Under the pieces are notes generated by a model, which saw only the letters and a program-made list of their open reading frames with translations, was not told where the DNA came from and did no database searches. From a virus: a stretch of 64,000 bases of DNA. Positions 17,935-26,038 of the stretch are shown piece after piece; position 1 is the first letter of the stretch; each line of letters opens with the position of its first letter. Where the stretch lies: IMG/VR virus record IMGVR_UViG_3300048014_000015, positions 1-64,000 of that record. The stretch is one strand, 5' to 3'. Position numbers and translations under genes: made by a program.

Positions 17935-19011
17935 CTATTTAAGTAATCCTTTAATTAGTGTTCTAAATTTATCAGCATTATCATGCCATGATACACAGTA
18001 TTTATCGAATTGTCCGTAAGTCGGTTCATATCCACTACCGTTGATAATTTCGTTCCATATTCTGCCTAGTTTTTCCTGTTCAAAATTGTGTTGAGCATTG
18101 CTAGCTCTTGTATGCAGTATAGTTGAACCACCTGTATAACACGCCCAATTTAATTTATCAAAATCATATTTTAGTCTTCGCCCCATCCATATATCACCAA
18201 ACCTATTAAGAGTTGGAATCTTTCCAGTACCCTTACATTTAGAACAGGGTTCGGTTTTCAGGTTGTCATTACCATTACATAAAGGACATTGACCAGTAAT
18301 ACCTGTATCTGGTCCCATAGGTGCAAAATAAAGGTATGGTAGTGCCTCTACCTTTACCATTACGTTCATCCCACATAAGGGAAATAAAGTTCCCCCAGGT
18401 ATTGGACCAACATAGTACGGTAGTGTTCCGGGAATACCTTGACCGCTTTCCAGTTTTAATTGTGTCTCACCGTCAAAATCTGGAACACCAATCCATACAC
18501 CGTGAGATAGCATTACTGGAGATTCATTCCGTATGCTGTACGGAACACCCCTAAGATATAGGTCGGTATCATGTGCTGTATTCATCCACGATAAAGGTAC
18601 TCGTTTTTGAAGTACATCCAGGTGCTGTTGTATAGGATCATTAAATGGTTCTGGATTAGCCAGTATTCCATTAAATTTTTGGTTTAGTGGTACGGGAGCT
18701 ACATCATCATCTAATGTCAAAATGTGTGTAGGTTTTAATGTTCCTGCTAATATAAATCCTAAATTTCTAACTGAATCAGTTTTTCGATATATCAGACTTT
18801 TATACTTTTCATATAACGTCCCACCATCCTTCTTCAATTCAATTTTATCTTTATAATTGTAAACAGCTACTTCCGGTATATCTCCATCCCATACCGTAAT
18901 TAAAGTAACCTCATGTCTATTAAATAGAAAATCCCAAGCTTTTAGGAATGTTTTATACTGCTCTACTCGAATAGTTGGAATTACTACAACAATCTTGTTA
19001 GGTTTAGTCAT
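17935..19011 (-). CDS. GT75 / reversibly-glycosylated-polypeptide (UDP-arabinopyranose mutase)-like protein with an inserted CxxC zinc finger
   Basis: VVVIPTIR, WDGD, TLDDDV, RGVPYSIRNESPVMLSHGVWIGVPDFDGETQL, IPGGTLFPLCGMN, RFGDIWMG and HTRASN match the plant RGP signature blocks. Start moved to ATG 19011 because the track's N-terminal extension overlaps tRNA-Leu. Confidence 0.8.
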   Translation of the reverse strand: MTKPNKIVVVIPTIRVEQYKTFLKAWDFLFNRHEVTLITVWDGDIPEVAVYNYKDKIELKKDGGTLYEKYKSLIYRKTDSVRNLGFILAGTLKPTHILTLDDDVAPVPLNQKFNGILANPEPFNDPIQQHLDVLQKRVPLSWMNTAHDTDLYLRGVPYSIRNESPVMLSHGVWIGVPDFDGETQLKLESGQGIPGTLPYYVGPIPGGTLFPLCGMNVMVKVEALPYLYFAPMGPDTGITGQCPLCNGNDNLKTEPCSKCKGTGKIPTLNRFGDIWMGRRLKYDFDKLNWACYTGGSTILHTRASNAQHNFEQEKLGRIWNEIINGSGYEPTYGQFDKYCVSWHDNADKFRTLIKGLLK

Positions 19012-19035
19012 AATGTTTAACCCATGGGTTAGGTG

Positions 19036-19117
19036 TGGTAGTGGTGGGAATCGAACCCACAAGCTTTTCAGCGACCGATTTTAAATCGATTGTGTTTACC
19101 AGTTTCACCACACTACC
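19036..19117 (-). tRNA. tRNA-Leu (anticodon UAA), type II with long variable arm
   Basis: Manual cloverleaf: acceptor GGTAGTG/CACTACC, 3-bp D stem, anticodon loop TTTAAAA, variable arm GCT-GAAA-AGC, T arm GTGGG-TTCGATT-CCCAC. No encoded CCA. Confidence 0.85.
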
Positions 19118-19118
19118 G

Positions 19119-20675
19119 TTAAGAGAATACGATCTTTTTACGTTGGAGTCTTTTTCTTGGTTTATTTAACCTATATAACTCTGTTTTAGATTTTCTACCC
19201 ATTTGTTGTGGTGGTCCCTGTGGTCCCGCTTGTCCTATCTGTGGTACGCCTTGCGGTGGGGCTTGTTGTGGCATTTGTGCCTGCATATTTCCGACTTGAG
19301 ATACAATACCACTACCAATAGAGGGCTTCTTCCACTGTGATATCTCGTATACCTGATCTTCGTCTAGTGGTACACCCCATTCAAATAGCTTATCGGCATG
19401 TTCCATAAGTTGTGAGGCATTTGGATCATCAACATTAAAGGTAAATGTTCCTGGAGCAACACCGGGAGCATTGTAGGAATACAATACATTTACAAGATCG
19501 GATTGTATGGTTTCTTGTAGATCAACTGCGTGATATTTTACAATCTCGTCTAATGTCTCTCCATGTTGATCGGCAGTACCTGAACCTAATCCTGTCGCTT
19601 CTGCCTTACTAGACAAAGTTTGACCCTCAATAAACCTTTCCATTTTTGGATCAAAATAGTCGTTTACCAGTTTCCATAGTATATCCGAACTAGCTGCACT
19701 AACCTCTAATCTCTCCACCTTGTTTACATCTGGATTAGTGCTATTCCATCTAGGATAAAGTAATACAGTATTAGAAAATTGTGCTCTAGCTGCTGATTGT
19801 GCTTGCTGCATAGCCTGTGGATTGCCAGCATCATAGTAAAATATTGTTAATCCATTTGCAAACCTATGGATATAATTCATTAATTGGCCAAATACTTGTT
19901 GTTTTAGCCACCAGAACCAATACAACCTACCACGAACACCAACACCACCAATAGAACCAGCTAACTCAGGTTCAATAAAGTCGGCATCATCGGGTTCGTG
20001 CTGATGTATAATATACTGTATACGTTCATCAGGTGTTAAGAAGTGACACAATCCCCAATCGGTGGAAGTCTTTTCTCCTGGATAACCCGGATATACAAGA
20101 ACCCCCCATGTTTTAGCATCCCATTTAAGCCTTAATTTATCACCATTGATAGGTGTAAAATCTCTAACAAATATCTTTTGTTCACCCTTATAGTTACGCC
20201 ATTCATAATCTAGTTCAACAGCATACTTTCCATACCATATAGCTTGAAGTAACCACATCTTTAATCTTTGAAAATGTGGTATCTTCTTTATAATATAGGT
20301 ATTCATTTTCGCCGCTTCTACTTCGGCGGGATTCGTCTCATCGTCTGGTTTCAGTGACCAACCAACTTGAGCTACGGGACGCCAGATCCTTAACAACGCT
20401 CCCCACAAAGTAGGGTCACGTTTCATAGCTATAGCGTTTGTATAGCTATCTCTTAACGCCTCATCTGAAGTGTATAAAAATGCTCTGGATGCACTACGAA
20501 CTAGAGAGGAGAACGATAGGAAATTAGGTATACTATATCTGCCACCCCCTGGAGGTAGTCCACCCGGATCGCTAGGAGTGGGACCGGGATAACCTAACTC
20601 TTGTGCTGTAAATCCCCCAGATTCTACACTCCAGGGAGGATTTACAGAAGAGTTGGGATTGTTATTATCAGACAT
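19119..20675 (-). CDS. putative portal protein
   Basis: 518 aa, downstream of the large terminase. Gln/Pro-rich basic C-terminal tail. The call rests on size and position, with weak resemblance to Mu gp29/DUF935-type portals. Confidence 0.55.
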   Translation of the reverse strand: MSDNNNPNSSVNPPWSVESGGFTAQELGYPGPTPSDPGGLPPGGGRYSIPNFLSFSSLVRSASRAFLYTSDEALRDSYTNAIAMKRDPTLWGALLRIWRPVAQVGWSLKPDDETNPAEVEAAKMNTYIIKKIPHFQRLKMWLLQAIWYGKYAVELDYEWRNYKGEQKIFVRDFTPINGDKLRLKWDAKTWGVLVYPGYPGEKTSTDWGLCHFLTPDERIQYIIHQHEPDDADFIEPELAGSIGGVGVRGRLYWFWWLKQQVFGQLMNYIHRFANGLTIFYYDAGNPQAMQQAQSAARAQFSNTVLLYPRWNSTNPDVNKVERLEVSAASSDILWKLVNDYFDPKMERFIEGQTLSSKAEATGLGSGTADQHGETLDEIVKYHAVDLQETIQSDLVNVLYSYNAPGVAPGTFTFNVDDPNASQLMEHADKLFEWGVPLDEDQVYEISQWKKPSIGSGIVSQVGNMQAQMPQQAPPQGVPQIGQAGPQGPPQQMGRKSKTELYRLNKPRKRLQRKKIVFS

Positions 20676-20921
20676 TTAGTAATTACCTAATATTCTTTCT
20701 TCAATAATTGTAGGTTCTTCTATGGTCTCTTTTGTATCAACTTTCTCAACAGAATAACAAATGAATAATCGTAAATTTGGATTTACTATATCTTGTTTAA
20801 TTTTTTCCAAAAGCTTTTCAAAGTCCTCTTTTTGAGAGAGACTTACATACCTACTTATATACTTATAGTTATGTGTGATAGGTTTATTGTCCTGTGGTGG
20901 AACTGGTGGCTGTTGATCCAT
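20676..20921 (-). CDS. hypothetical protein
   Basis: 81-aa ORF abutting the portal start. Confidence 0.5.
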   Translation of the reverse strand: MDQQPPVPPQDNKPITHNYKYISRYVSLSQKEDFEKLLEKIKQDIVNPNLRLFICYSVEKVDTKETIEEPTIIEERILGNY

Positions 20922-21117
20922 TGTCTACTTTTCCATTAGGGTTTGGTTTTGTATATCCTATTGATTTAGCTACCGCTAGTATTTCCGAGTATGCCAGATA
21001 TCTTTTCTTTTCTTTCTTTTGGTATCTCTCTATAGCTTTAATAAACTCCATTTCTTCTTCAGTGTAGTCAAAATTATCTGAATACCATAGACTACGATTA
21101 GCTGGAGAGATACCCAT
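20884..21117 (-). CDS. hypothetical protein
   Basis: 77-aa ORF. TTAACCTATAAGGA motif lies upstream. Confidence 0.5.
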   Translation of the reverse strand: MGISPANRSLWYSDNFDYTEEEMEFIKAIERYQKKEKKRYLAYSEILAVAKSIGYTKPNPNGKVDNGSTATSSTTGQ

Positions 21118-21153
21118 ACTATATTCCTTATAGGTTAATACTATATCCTATAG

Positions 21154-21525
21154 TTATGGTGCCCCAATTATCGTATACCTAATTCTACCGGTAAGCGTAC
21201 CAGATGAATTGGTAATTGATAGTGAACATCCGGGATCACAATCATACTGACCGCCAAAACCCGGTCCATCATGGCTACCTAGAACCACATTACTGCTAGC
21301 AGTTAATTGGAGAATATCTAGTGCTCTTGTTGGGAATGGTCCCCCTACACTCTGAATAGTAACAGTTGTAGTTCCACTAGCTGATAGGTCTAATCCCAGT
21401 ACACGTATAAAAGCTAATGCATATGGTGGTGGTGGGTTGAGTAGGGTAGTTGTGGGACCGGGAGCAGGAATAATAGTTGCAGTTGTTGCACCCATATTGA
21501 CTAGAATACTATTCGGATCGGGCAT
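21154..21525 (-). CDS. hypothetical protein
   Basis: 123-aa Thr/Gly/Pro-rich ORF. TTTAACCTAAAC...AAGGA leader. Confidence 0.55.
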   Translation of the reverse strand: MPDPNSILVNMGATTATIIPAPGPTTTLLNPPPPYALAFIRVLGLDLSASGTTTVTIQSVGGPFPTRALDILQLTASSNVVLGSHDGPGFGGQYDCDPGCSLSITNSSGTLTGRIRYTIIGAP

Positions 21526-21568
21526 ATCTCAATCCTTTTAGTTTAGGTTAAATACTATACCCGGTATT

Positions 21569-21949
21569 TTAGATTATATCTTCTTGATCCCACTTAGATG
21601 GAGGATTGTTCGTTTGTGGTGGGTAGTCATCTTTATTGGTATCATCACCAAGATCGTTTATTTGATATTCGATATCTCTTTCTAGCACCTTATGTATCAT
21701 TAGTTCTTCCTTATGTATTTCTTTAAGAACGGTAAAGTCCACAACATACGCCGCTATAATCTCACTTAATAATATAAAATTTGGTGTATTAGATATATTA
21801 TTAACACTCACGTATTTGCGTGATGGTGTTGTTCTACCTAATTCACTCGTAATATTTGTAACGTTGTTCTCTGCTTGTGACCTATCTTTACAATATACTG
21901 TTAACTGTCCATTTTTAGTCCACACACAAGTTGCCCATTTGTATTTCAT
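21569..21949 (-). CDS. hypothetical protein
   Basis: Start moved to the internal ATG (MKYKWATCVW) at 21949, abutting the stop of the upstream gene (21951). Confidence 0.55.
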   Translation of the reverse strand: MKYKWATCVWTKNGQLTVYCKDRSQAENNVTNITSELGRTTPSRKYVSVNNISNTPNFILLSEIIAAYVVDFTVLKEIHKEELMIHKVLERDIEYQINDLGDDTNKDDYPPQTNNPPSKWDQEDII

Positions 21950-21950
21950 C

Positions 21951-22595
21951 TTAACTCCAATATAATGGATCACTAGAAAATCTATAACGACTAGCTTGTC
22001 TACGTTTAGAAAATCTACCTGGCTCGTCATTCTCTATTAAGTGGTCAATCAACATATGTCGGGGTGAGTCTTCATGTGGGTTCTCTAGAACTGCCTTTCC
22101 TAGCTGTTCTGACTCGGAAGTGTGAGGTAGGTTATAAGAATGAAGTCCTTGAGCTCCATTACCTATACCCCTGGTTGTATGTCTGCCATCGGGTGCCCTA
22201 TAATCTATTATTATGCGTTTACCATGTGGATGCTCTGGGTCATGTATTTGATTTAATAAAACGTGGTGACCATTTATATTTAAAAACATTCCACCTCTAA
22301 CCATATTTTCTAGTAAATCTCGGTATCTGCCATACATTATTAAATTTGTATTGTGTTGATCTTCGTTATCGTATTCGTCCCAAGGATAACCTACGTGTTC
22401 CTGGTGGTTTTTGGACAATACCCTATAACCTGTATTAGGAAAATCTTCATGACTATCAAACTTACCCCTGATAAAAAGGTAGTCGTGATATGCTCCTGGA
22501 ATATGTACCTGAGTCCTTGACTCATGACCTAAATCTTCAGTTTTAGTTATAGCATTTAATCTATTTAGATGTTCTCTTATCTGTGGTGGTATCAT
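21951..22595 (-). CDS. hypothetical protein with a degenerate C-terminal TIGR02996-like motif
   Basis: C-terminus reads LENPHEDSPRHMLIDHLIENDEP. Confidence 0.6.
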   Translation of the reverse strand: MIPPQIREHLNRLNAITKTEDLGHESRTQVHIPGAYHDYLFIRGKFDSHEDFPNTGYRVLSKNHQEHVGYPWDEYDNEDQHNTNLIMYGRYRDLLENMVRGGMFLNINGHHVLLNQIHDPEHPHGKRIIIDYRAPDGRHTTRGIGNGAQGLHSYNLPHTSESEQLGKAVLENPHEDSPRHMLIDHLIENDEPGRFSKRRQASRYRFSSDPLYWS

Positions 22596-22613
22596 AAAAC
22601 ACCCATCTTAATG

Positions 22614-24323
22614 TTAGGTTATATCCCCCCTATCCCACTTAGAAGGACTAGTACTACTTGAAGTACCACCTCCATTAATACCGAAGAAATTCCATCTATT
22701 GGGGGCACCAACTAAAGAGTTTGGCAGCAGCATTATATCACTGTTGTCAACGTGTCTGGTATCTCCTAATACTGGTCTAAGTTTATTAGGATTGGGTACA
22801 GATTCAGGACCAACAGATAGCGGAACACCTTCTGGAAATGCATGTAATAACCCCATGCCTATGGTTACACATCTATCATCGTGTCTTCCCGCCTCATGGT
22901 CGAATCTATAACCCCACATAGTAGGTTTGGTAATGAGCATTGATAATTCTTGTTCTAATGTCTGATCTTCTATAGGTATAATACGACCATTTTCTACATA
23001 ATGTTGTGGTAACCTACCAGCATCTGGCGACCATGATACCATTCTATTCTGAATAGAGGTCTTCAATATTTGTGCCATACGGTAGTTAGCTTTCCCCCCC
23101 CTATACTCGAATCTAATAACACGTATACCAATTCTTTCGTAGTATATCGCTAGTCCTTCCATTTGTGCAGGGTCGACTATCAATGCTGATAGGTTAAAAT
23201 TTTTCCTAACAACCTCTATCCATGCCTGTACGCTCCTGCCTTCCATATACCTAGGATCATTGTAGTTATCTTGTAATATAGGTATTCTTAATTCATGCGT
23301 ACCTTGCCAGCAATCGAGACGATCTACGATAGCTTTATTAGTTTCTGGTTCTAGGTGCATAACACCTAACGAACACCTATCACGAACACCCCCATAGTCA
23401 ACAACTGCGTAGTACTGGGTGTATCGTCCTCCATATGTACGCTCCCTAAGGTTGAAGTCCCTACATTTTAGACATTCTTCTTCAGTTAGGTATCCATGTT
23501 CTTCTCCTGGATCAACCCATCTATTTTTATATAGTCTATCACGTTCTCCGGGCATCATACCTTGAGATGCATCGGCTATCTTTGAATCATCCATCCACGA
23601 TGGTAGCGGCTTACCTACTGGTGCTTCAAAGAACGACCAGTATTTAGATTTTTCACACCTATTGCGTTCTTTCCATTGCCAGCTACCTTTCAATCCTGCA
23701 TTCGTGCTAACAACTAATACACAGTATGGACGTTTATTTATTGAACCTAATATAAATGACTCCCAAAATAATTTACTCTCTTCATGCTGCCAGTGTGTAA
23801 GTTCCTCAACTACAATCATATCTGGGAATGCTCCAGATTGTGTATATGCATTTTTTGTTAGAACAGATAACTCACCCCCACTACTACCAACAGCCTTTAA
23901 GTCGGATACCTGCATTCTTTCAGCTATCCAAGGATTATCAGAACATATACCTCTCATGGCTTTTGTAATGAGACTTGCTTGATCTTCTGTACCAGCACAC
24001 ACAACTATATTTAATCTCCTCCTACTCCAACCAAGTAACCAACACAATTGCCTTGCTGTCTCATGTGTCTTATCACTACCCTTGTGATAACCATTCCAGA
24101 ACCACCTAGGACCATTATAGGTATTATTAATCCCAGCTAAAGAATCTATAGCTGGTGCAACCCTCATACTGCGTTCCCATTGCCATCGTTCTGCAATGAG
24201 ACGGAATACTAGTTTCTTTGGTTGTGCGTCTACCACAACGTGAGATAGGAAATTCAAATAACCTAGCGAACTTTCGTAAGCAGCTAGGTTATAAATTTCT
24301 TCTAGTGTACTTTGTTCAGACAT
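22614..24323 (-). CDS. terL: terminase large subunit
   Basis: Deviant Walker A (HKGSDKT), Walker B (DMIVVEELTHW), and C-terminal RNase-H-like nuclease acidic residues (YAVVDYGG, LIVDP, RHDDRCV). Confidence 0.8.
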   Translation of the reverse strand: MSEQSTLEEIYNLAAYESSLGYLNFLSHVVVDAQPKKLVFRLIAERWQWERSMRVAPAIDSLAGINNTYNGPRWFWNGYHKGSDKTHETARQLCWLLGWSRRRLNIVVCAGTEDQASLITKAMRGICSDNPWIAERMQVSDLKAVGSSGGELSVLTKNAYTQSGAFPDMIVVEELTHWQHEESKLFWESFILGSINKRPYCVLVVSTNAGLKGSWQWKERNRCEKSKYWSFFEAPVGKPLPSWMDDSKIADASQGMMPGERDRLYKNRWVDPGEEHGYLTEEECLKCRDFNLRERTYGGRYTQYYAVVDYGGVRDRCSLGVMHLEPETNKAIVDRLDCWQGTHELRIPILQDNYNDPRYMEGRSVQAWIEVVRKNFNLSALIVDPAQMEGLAIYYERIGIRVIRFEYRGGKANYRMAQILKTSIQNRMVSWSPDAGRLPQHYVENGRIIPIEDQTLEQELSMLITKPTMWGYRFDHEAGRHDDRCVTIGMGLLHAFPEGVPLSVGPESVPNPNKLRPVLGDTRHVDNSDIMLLPNSLVGAPNRWNFFGINGGGTSSSTSPSKWDRGDIT

Positions 24324-24328
24324 ATTTA

Positions 24329-24340
24329 CTATAGGTTAAT
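24329..24340 (-). promoter_or_regulatory. TTAACCTATAG leader motif upstream of terL
   Basis: Gene-sense ATTAACCTATAG ends 5 nt before the ATG at 24323. One of more than 20 copies of this motif in the window. Confidence 0.5.
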
Positions 24341-24372
24341 AGGACAAGAACTTAATATCTATATTGCCATCT

Positions 24373-24975
24373 CTAAATAGACTCCCCAGTATCTATGAAC
24401 TTAATATCTATATTATATTTACTTTTTATCTTAATAATTGGCCTTATACTAATGTCATTAGCTCTCCTGTTCGTTCCGTTTCTCCTAACTATTATATACT
24501 TAATAGGGTGGGCAGTTATGGGACAAGGAATACCCATAGATGGATGCCAAACTATCTTGGGAATCACATTAAAAAATTTACTACAATCTACTTGTATTTT
24601 TTCTACAAATCCTCTACTAAAACTAACCCTACTTTGAGGAATGTAACCATATATATTGTTAGGTATATTAAGGGATTGTAACTTATGTAATATTTCATCT
24701 TGTTTTTCTAGTAATTCTACCGATATGTGATACCATTTCATAGTATCTAGTATCGACATACCATTATCAACTACTACCCCCACTAATTTATTATCTTTTC
24801 TAGGTTGTGTTAGTTTATTGTGATTAGACAACTCTATTGATACCTTGATAAATTCCCCATACATCTTATCTACTTCGCTATCGCTATCCAGTAGGTAGTC
24901 TGCATACATTAATCTGGGAACATCCTCATCCCTATTCATTATCACACTAGTTAATAGTTCTTGACGTTCTGTCAT
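24373..24975 (-). CDS. TIGR02996-like (repeat-companion) domain protein
   Basis: N-terminus EDVPRLMYADYLLDSDSEVDKMYGEFIKVSIELS. Confidence 0.7.
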   Translation of the reverse strand: MTERQELLTSVIMNRDEDVPRLMYADYLLDSDSEVDKMYGEFIKVSIELSNHNKLTQPRKDNKLVGVVVDNGMSILDTMKWYHISVELLEKQDEILHKLQSLNIPNNIYGYIPQSRVSFSRGFVEKIQVDCSKFFNVIPKIVWHPSMGIPCPITAHPIKYIIVRRNGTNRRANDISIRPIIKIKSKYNIDIKFIDTGESI

Positions 24976-24997
24976 AGTAATTCAGTAGGTTAGGTAT

Positions 24998-25093
24998 TTA
25001 TCCAATTATTCTAAATACAGTGATACAAATAATAATTACTGACACTACTACTACACACCCCCAATCATTAGAACTATTATTTTCATTATTCAT
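24998..25093 (-). CDS. possible 31-aa hydrophobic peptide
   Basis: MNNENNSSNDWGCVVVVSVIIICITVFRIIG. ATGA start/stop overlap with the upstream zinc-ribbon gene. Too short to be sure. Confidence 0.25.
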   Translation of the reverse strand: MNNENNSSNDWGCVVVVSVIIICITVFRIIG

Positions 25094-25317
25094 AATTCCC
25101 CTCTACCCTTTAAATCATTGAACAATACTATGAACAACTTATAACATTCATCACATAAACTAACTTTATCCTCTGGCATACTACCAAAATTTCTCTCTGC
25201 TTCCGCCACCTTTAGGTACTCAGGCATAGAATTAAGAAATACATCATTACATAAGCCACAGGTGAATTCATTCATTGGCGGCTTATTTAAGGAATCCATC
25301 ATCCCAAGATACCCCAT
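25090..25317 (-). CDS. small zinc-ribbon protein
   Basis: CGLC...x28...CDEC cysteine pairs in a 75-aa ORF. Confidence 0.6.
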   Translation of the reverse strand: MGYLGMMDSLNKPPMNEFTCGLCNDVFLNSMPEYLKVAEAERNFGSMPEDKVSLCDECYKLFIVLFNDLKGRGEL

Positions 25318-25369
25318 ATTCCTCAGTTTTCTTGGCTAGATTGTAAATTCACATAAACATATAGAACAG

Positions 25370-25492
25370 TGCCTCTGGTGGGTCTCGCAGCCCACAAGTA
25401 CAATACACTTCTAGATTTTCACTAGTTAAGTTATATAGTATTGTACCAAACGGGTCTTAACCGCTCCGCTTTACTAATTTGCGTACAGAGGC
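25370..25492 (-). ncRNA. 123-nt tRNA-like element (non-canonical; possible pseudo-tRNA or tRNA with a ~50-nt inserted arm)
   Basis: Perfect 7-bp acceptor GCCTCTG/CAGAGGC plus A. 3-bp D stem. Anticodon-like arm AGCGG-TTAAGAC-CCGTT. 10-bp extra arm GGTACAATAC/GTATTGTACT. T-like arm GTGGG-CTGCGAGA-CCCAC with an 8-nt loop and no TTC. Confidence 0.45.
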
Positions 25493-25496
25493 ATAG

Positions 25497-25569
25497 TCTT
25501 CCCGGTGCGACTTGAACGCACAACATACGTCTTAGAAGGACGTTACTCTATCCATTGAGTTACGGTAGG
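25497..25569 (-). tRNA. tRNA-Arg (anticodon UCU), weak acceptor stem
   Basis: D arm ACTC-AATGGATA-GAGT, anticodon arm ACGTC-CTTCTAA-GACGT, T arm GTGCG-TTCAAGT-CGCAC. Acceptor CCTACCG/CGGGAAG pairs only 5 of 7. Confidence 0.6.
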
Positions 25570-25659
25570 GGGAGGAATTGCACCTTCCGACCGCTTAGCT
25601 TCTATCTATACATAGTATACATAGTACAGATTTAGGTTCGCGGTCTCTATGGCCTACCG
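25563..25659 (-). ncRNA. 97-nt tRNA-like element lacking a D arm
   Basis: Perfect 7-bp acceptor CGGTAGG/CCTACCG. 6-bp helix GACCGC/GCGGTC enclosing an 8-bp hairpin ATCTGTAC/GTATAGAT. T-like arm GGAAGG-TGCAATT-CCTCCC. Its 3' strand is the same 7 nt used as the 5' acceptor strand of tRNA-Arg. Confidence 0.4.
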
Positions 25660-25662
25660 ATA

Positions 25663-25733
25663 TCCGCCCTGATGGAATTGAACCATCATTCGCAGCTTAT
25701 AAGACTGCCGTTCTGCCATTGAACTAAGGGCGG
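25663..25733 (-). tRNA. tRNA-Ile (anticodon UAU)
   Basis: Manual cloverleaf: acceptor CCGCCCT/AGGGCGG, D arm GTTC-AATGGCA-GAAC, anticodon arm GCAGT-CTTATAA-GCTGC, T arm GATGG-TTCAATT-CCATC. 71 nt. Confidence 0.85.
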
Positions 25734-25747
25734 TGAATTACTCCCAC

Positions 25748-26038
25748 CTATTCACTGTTTTCGTACTCTTCTAGTTTTTTGAAGAAATCTTTTACTCGTA
25801 TAGACCATGTAGACGAATTTAACTTAGCTTCTCGCAATAGGTTGATAGCTTCCATAGCAAAAGGTCTCTCTTTTTCGATAACATCAGCTATCTCACGTAG
25901 ATCAGTTATCCCGCGTCTCTCTTTTTCGATAACATCGGCTATCTCACGTAGAATAGTAACAGGATCGTCAGTCATTGAAATTCGTTCGCGTCCCCTCAAT
26001 TTCCTTATTGTTCTGAACATTTCGTGAATACTACCCAT
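25748..26038 (-). CDS. hypothetical protein with an in-frame 17-aa tandem duplication; paralogue of 26379..26573
   Basis: LREIADVIEKER occurs twice. The C-terminus ...AINLLREAKLNSSTWSIRVKD matches ...AIILLEKAKLSSSTWSIRVNE. Confidence 0.6.
   Translation of the reverse strand: MGSIHEMFRTIRKLRGRERISMTDDPVTILREIADVIEKERRGITDLREIADVIEKERPFAMEAINLLREAKLNSSTWSIRVKDFFKKLEEYENSE
25864..25952. repeat. 38-bp direct repeat, period 51 bp (one mismatch)
   Basis: gtctctctttttcgataacatc[a/g]gctatctcacgtaga at 25864-25901 and 25915-25952. Confidence 0.85.

Noticed and set aside
19012-19062. N-terminal extension of the GT75 gene as given in the ORF track (MWVRFPPLPHLTHGLNI...).
   Set aside because: The extension is the reverse complement of the 3' part of tRNA-Leu (GGTTCGATTCCCACC...). 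The internal ATG at 19011 gives a sensible start.
21950-22030. N-terminal extension of 21569..22030. The same issue applies to 60918..60977 for 59730..60977.
   Set aside because: The extensions overlap the preceding genes by 60-80 nt. Internal ATGs abut the upstream stop codons exactly.
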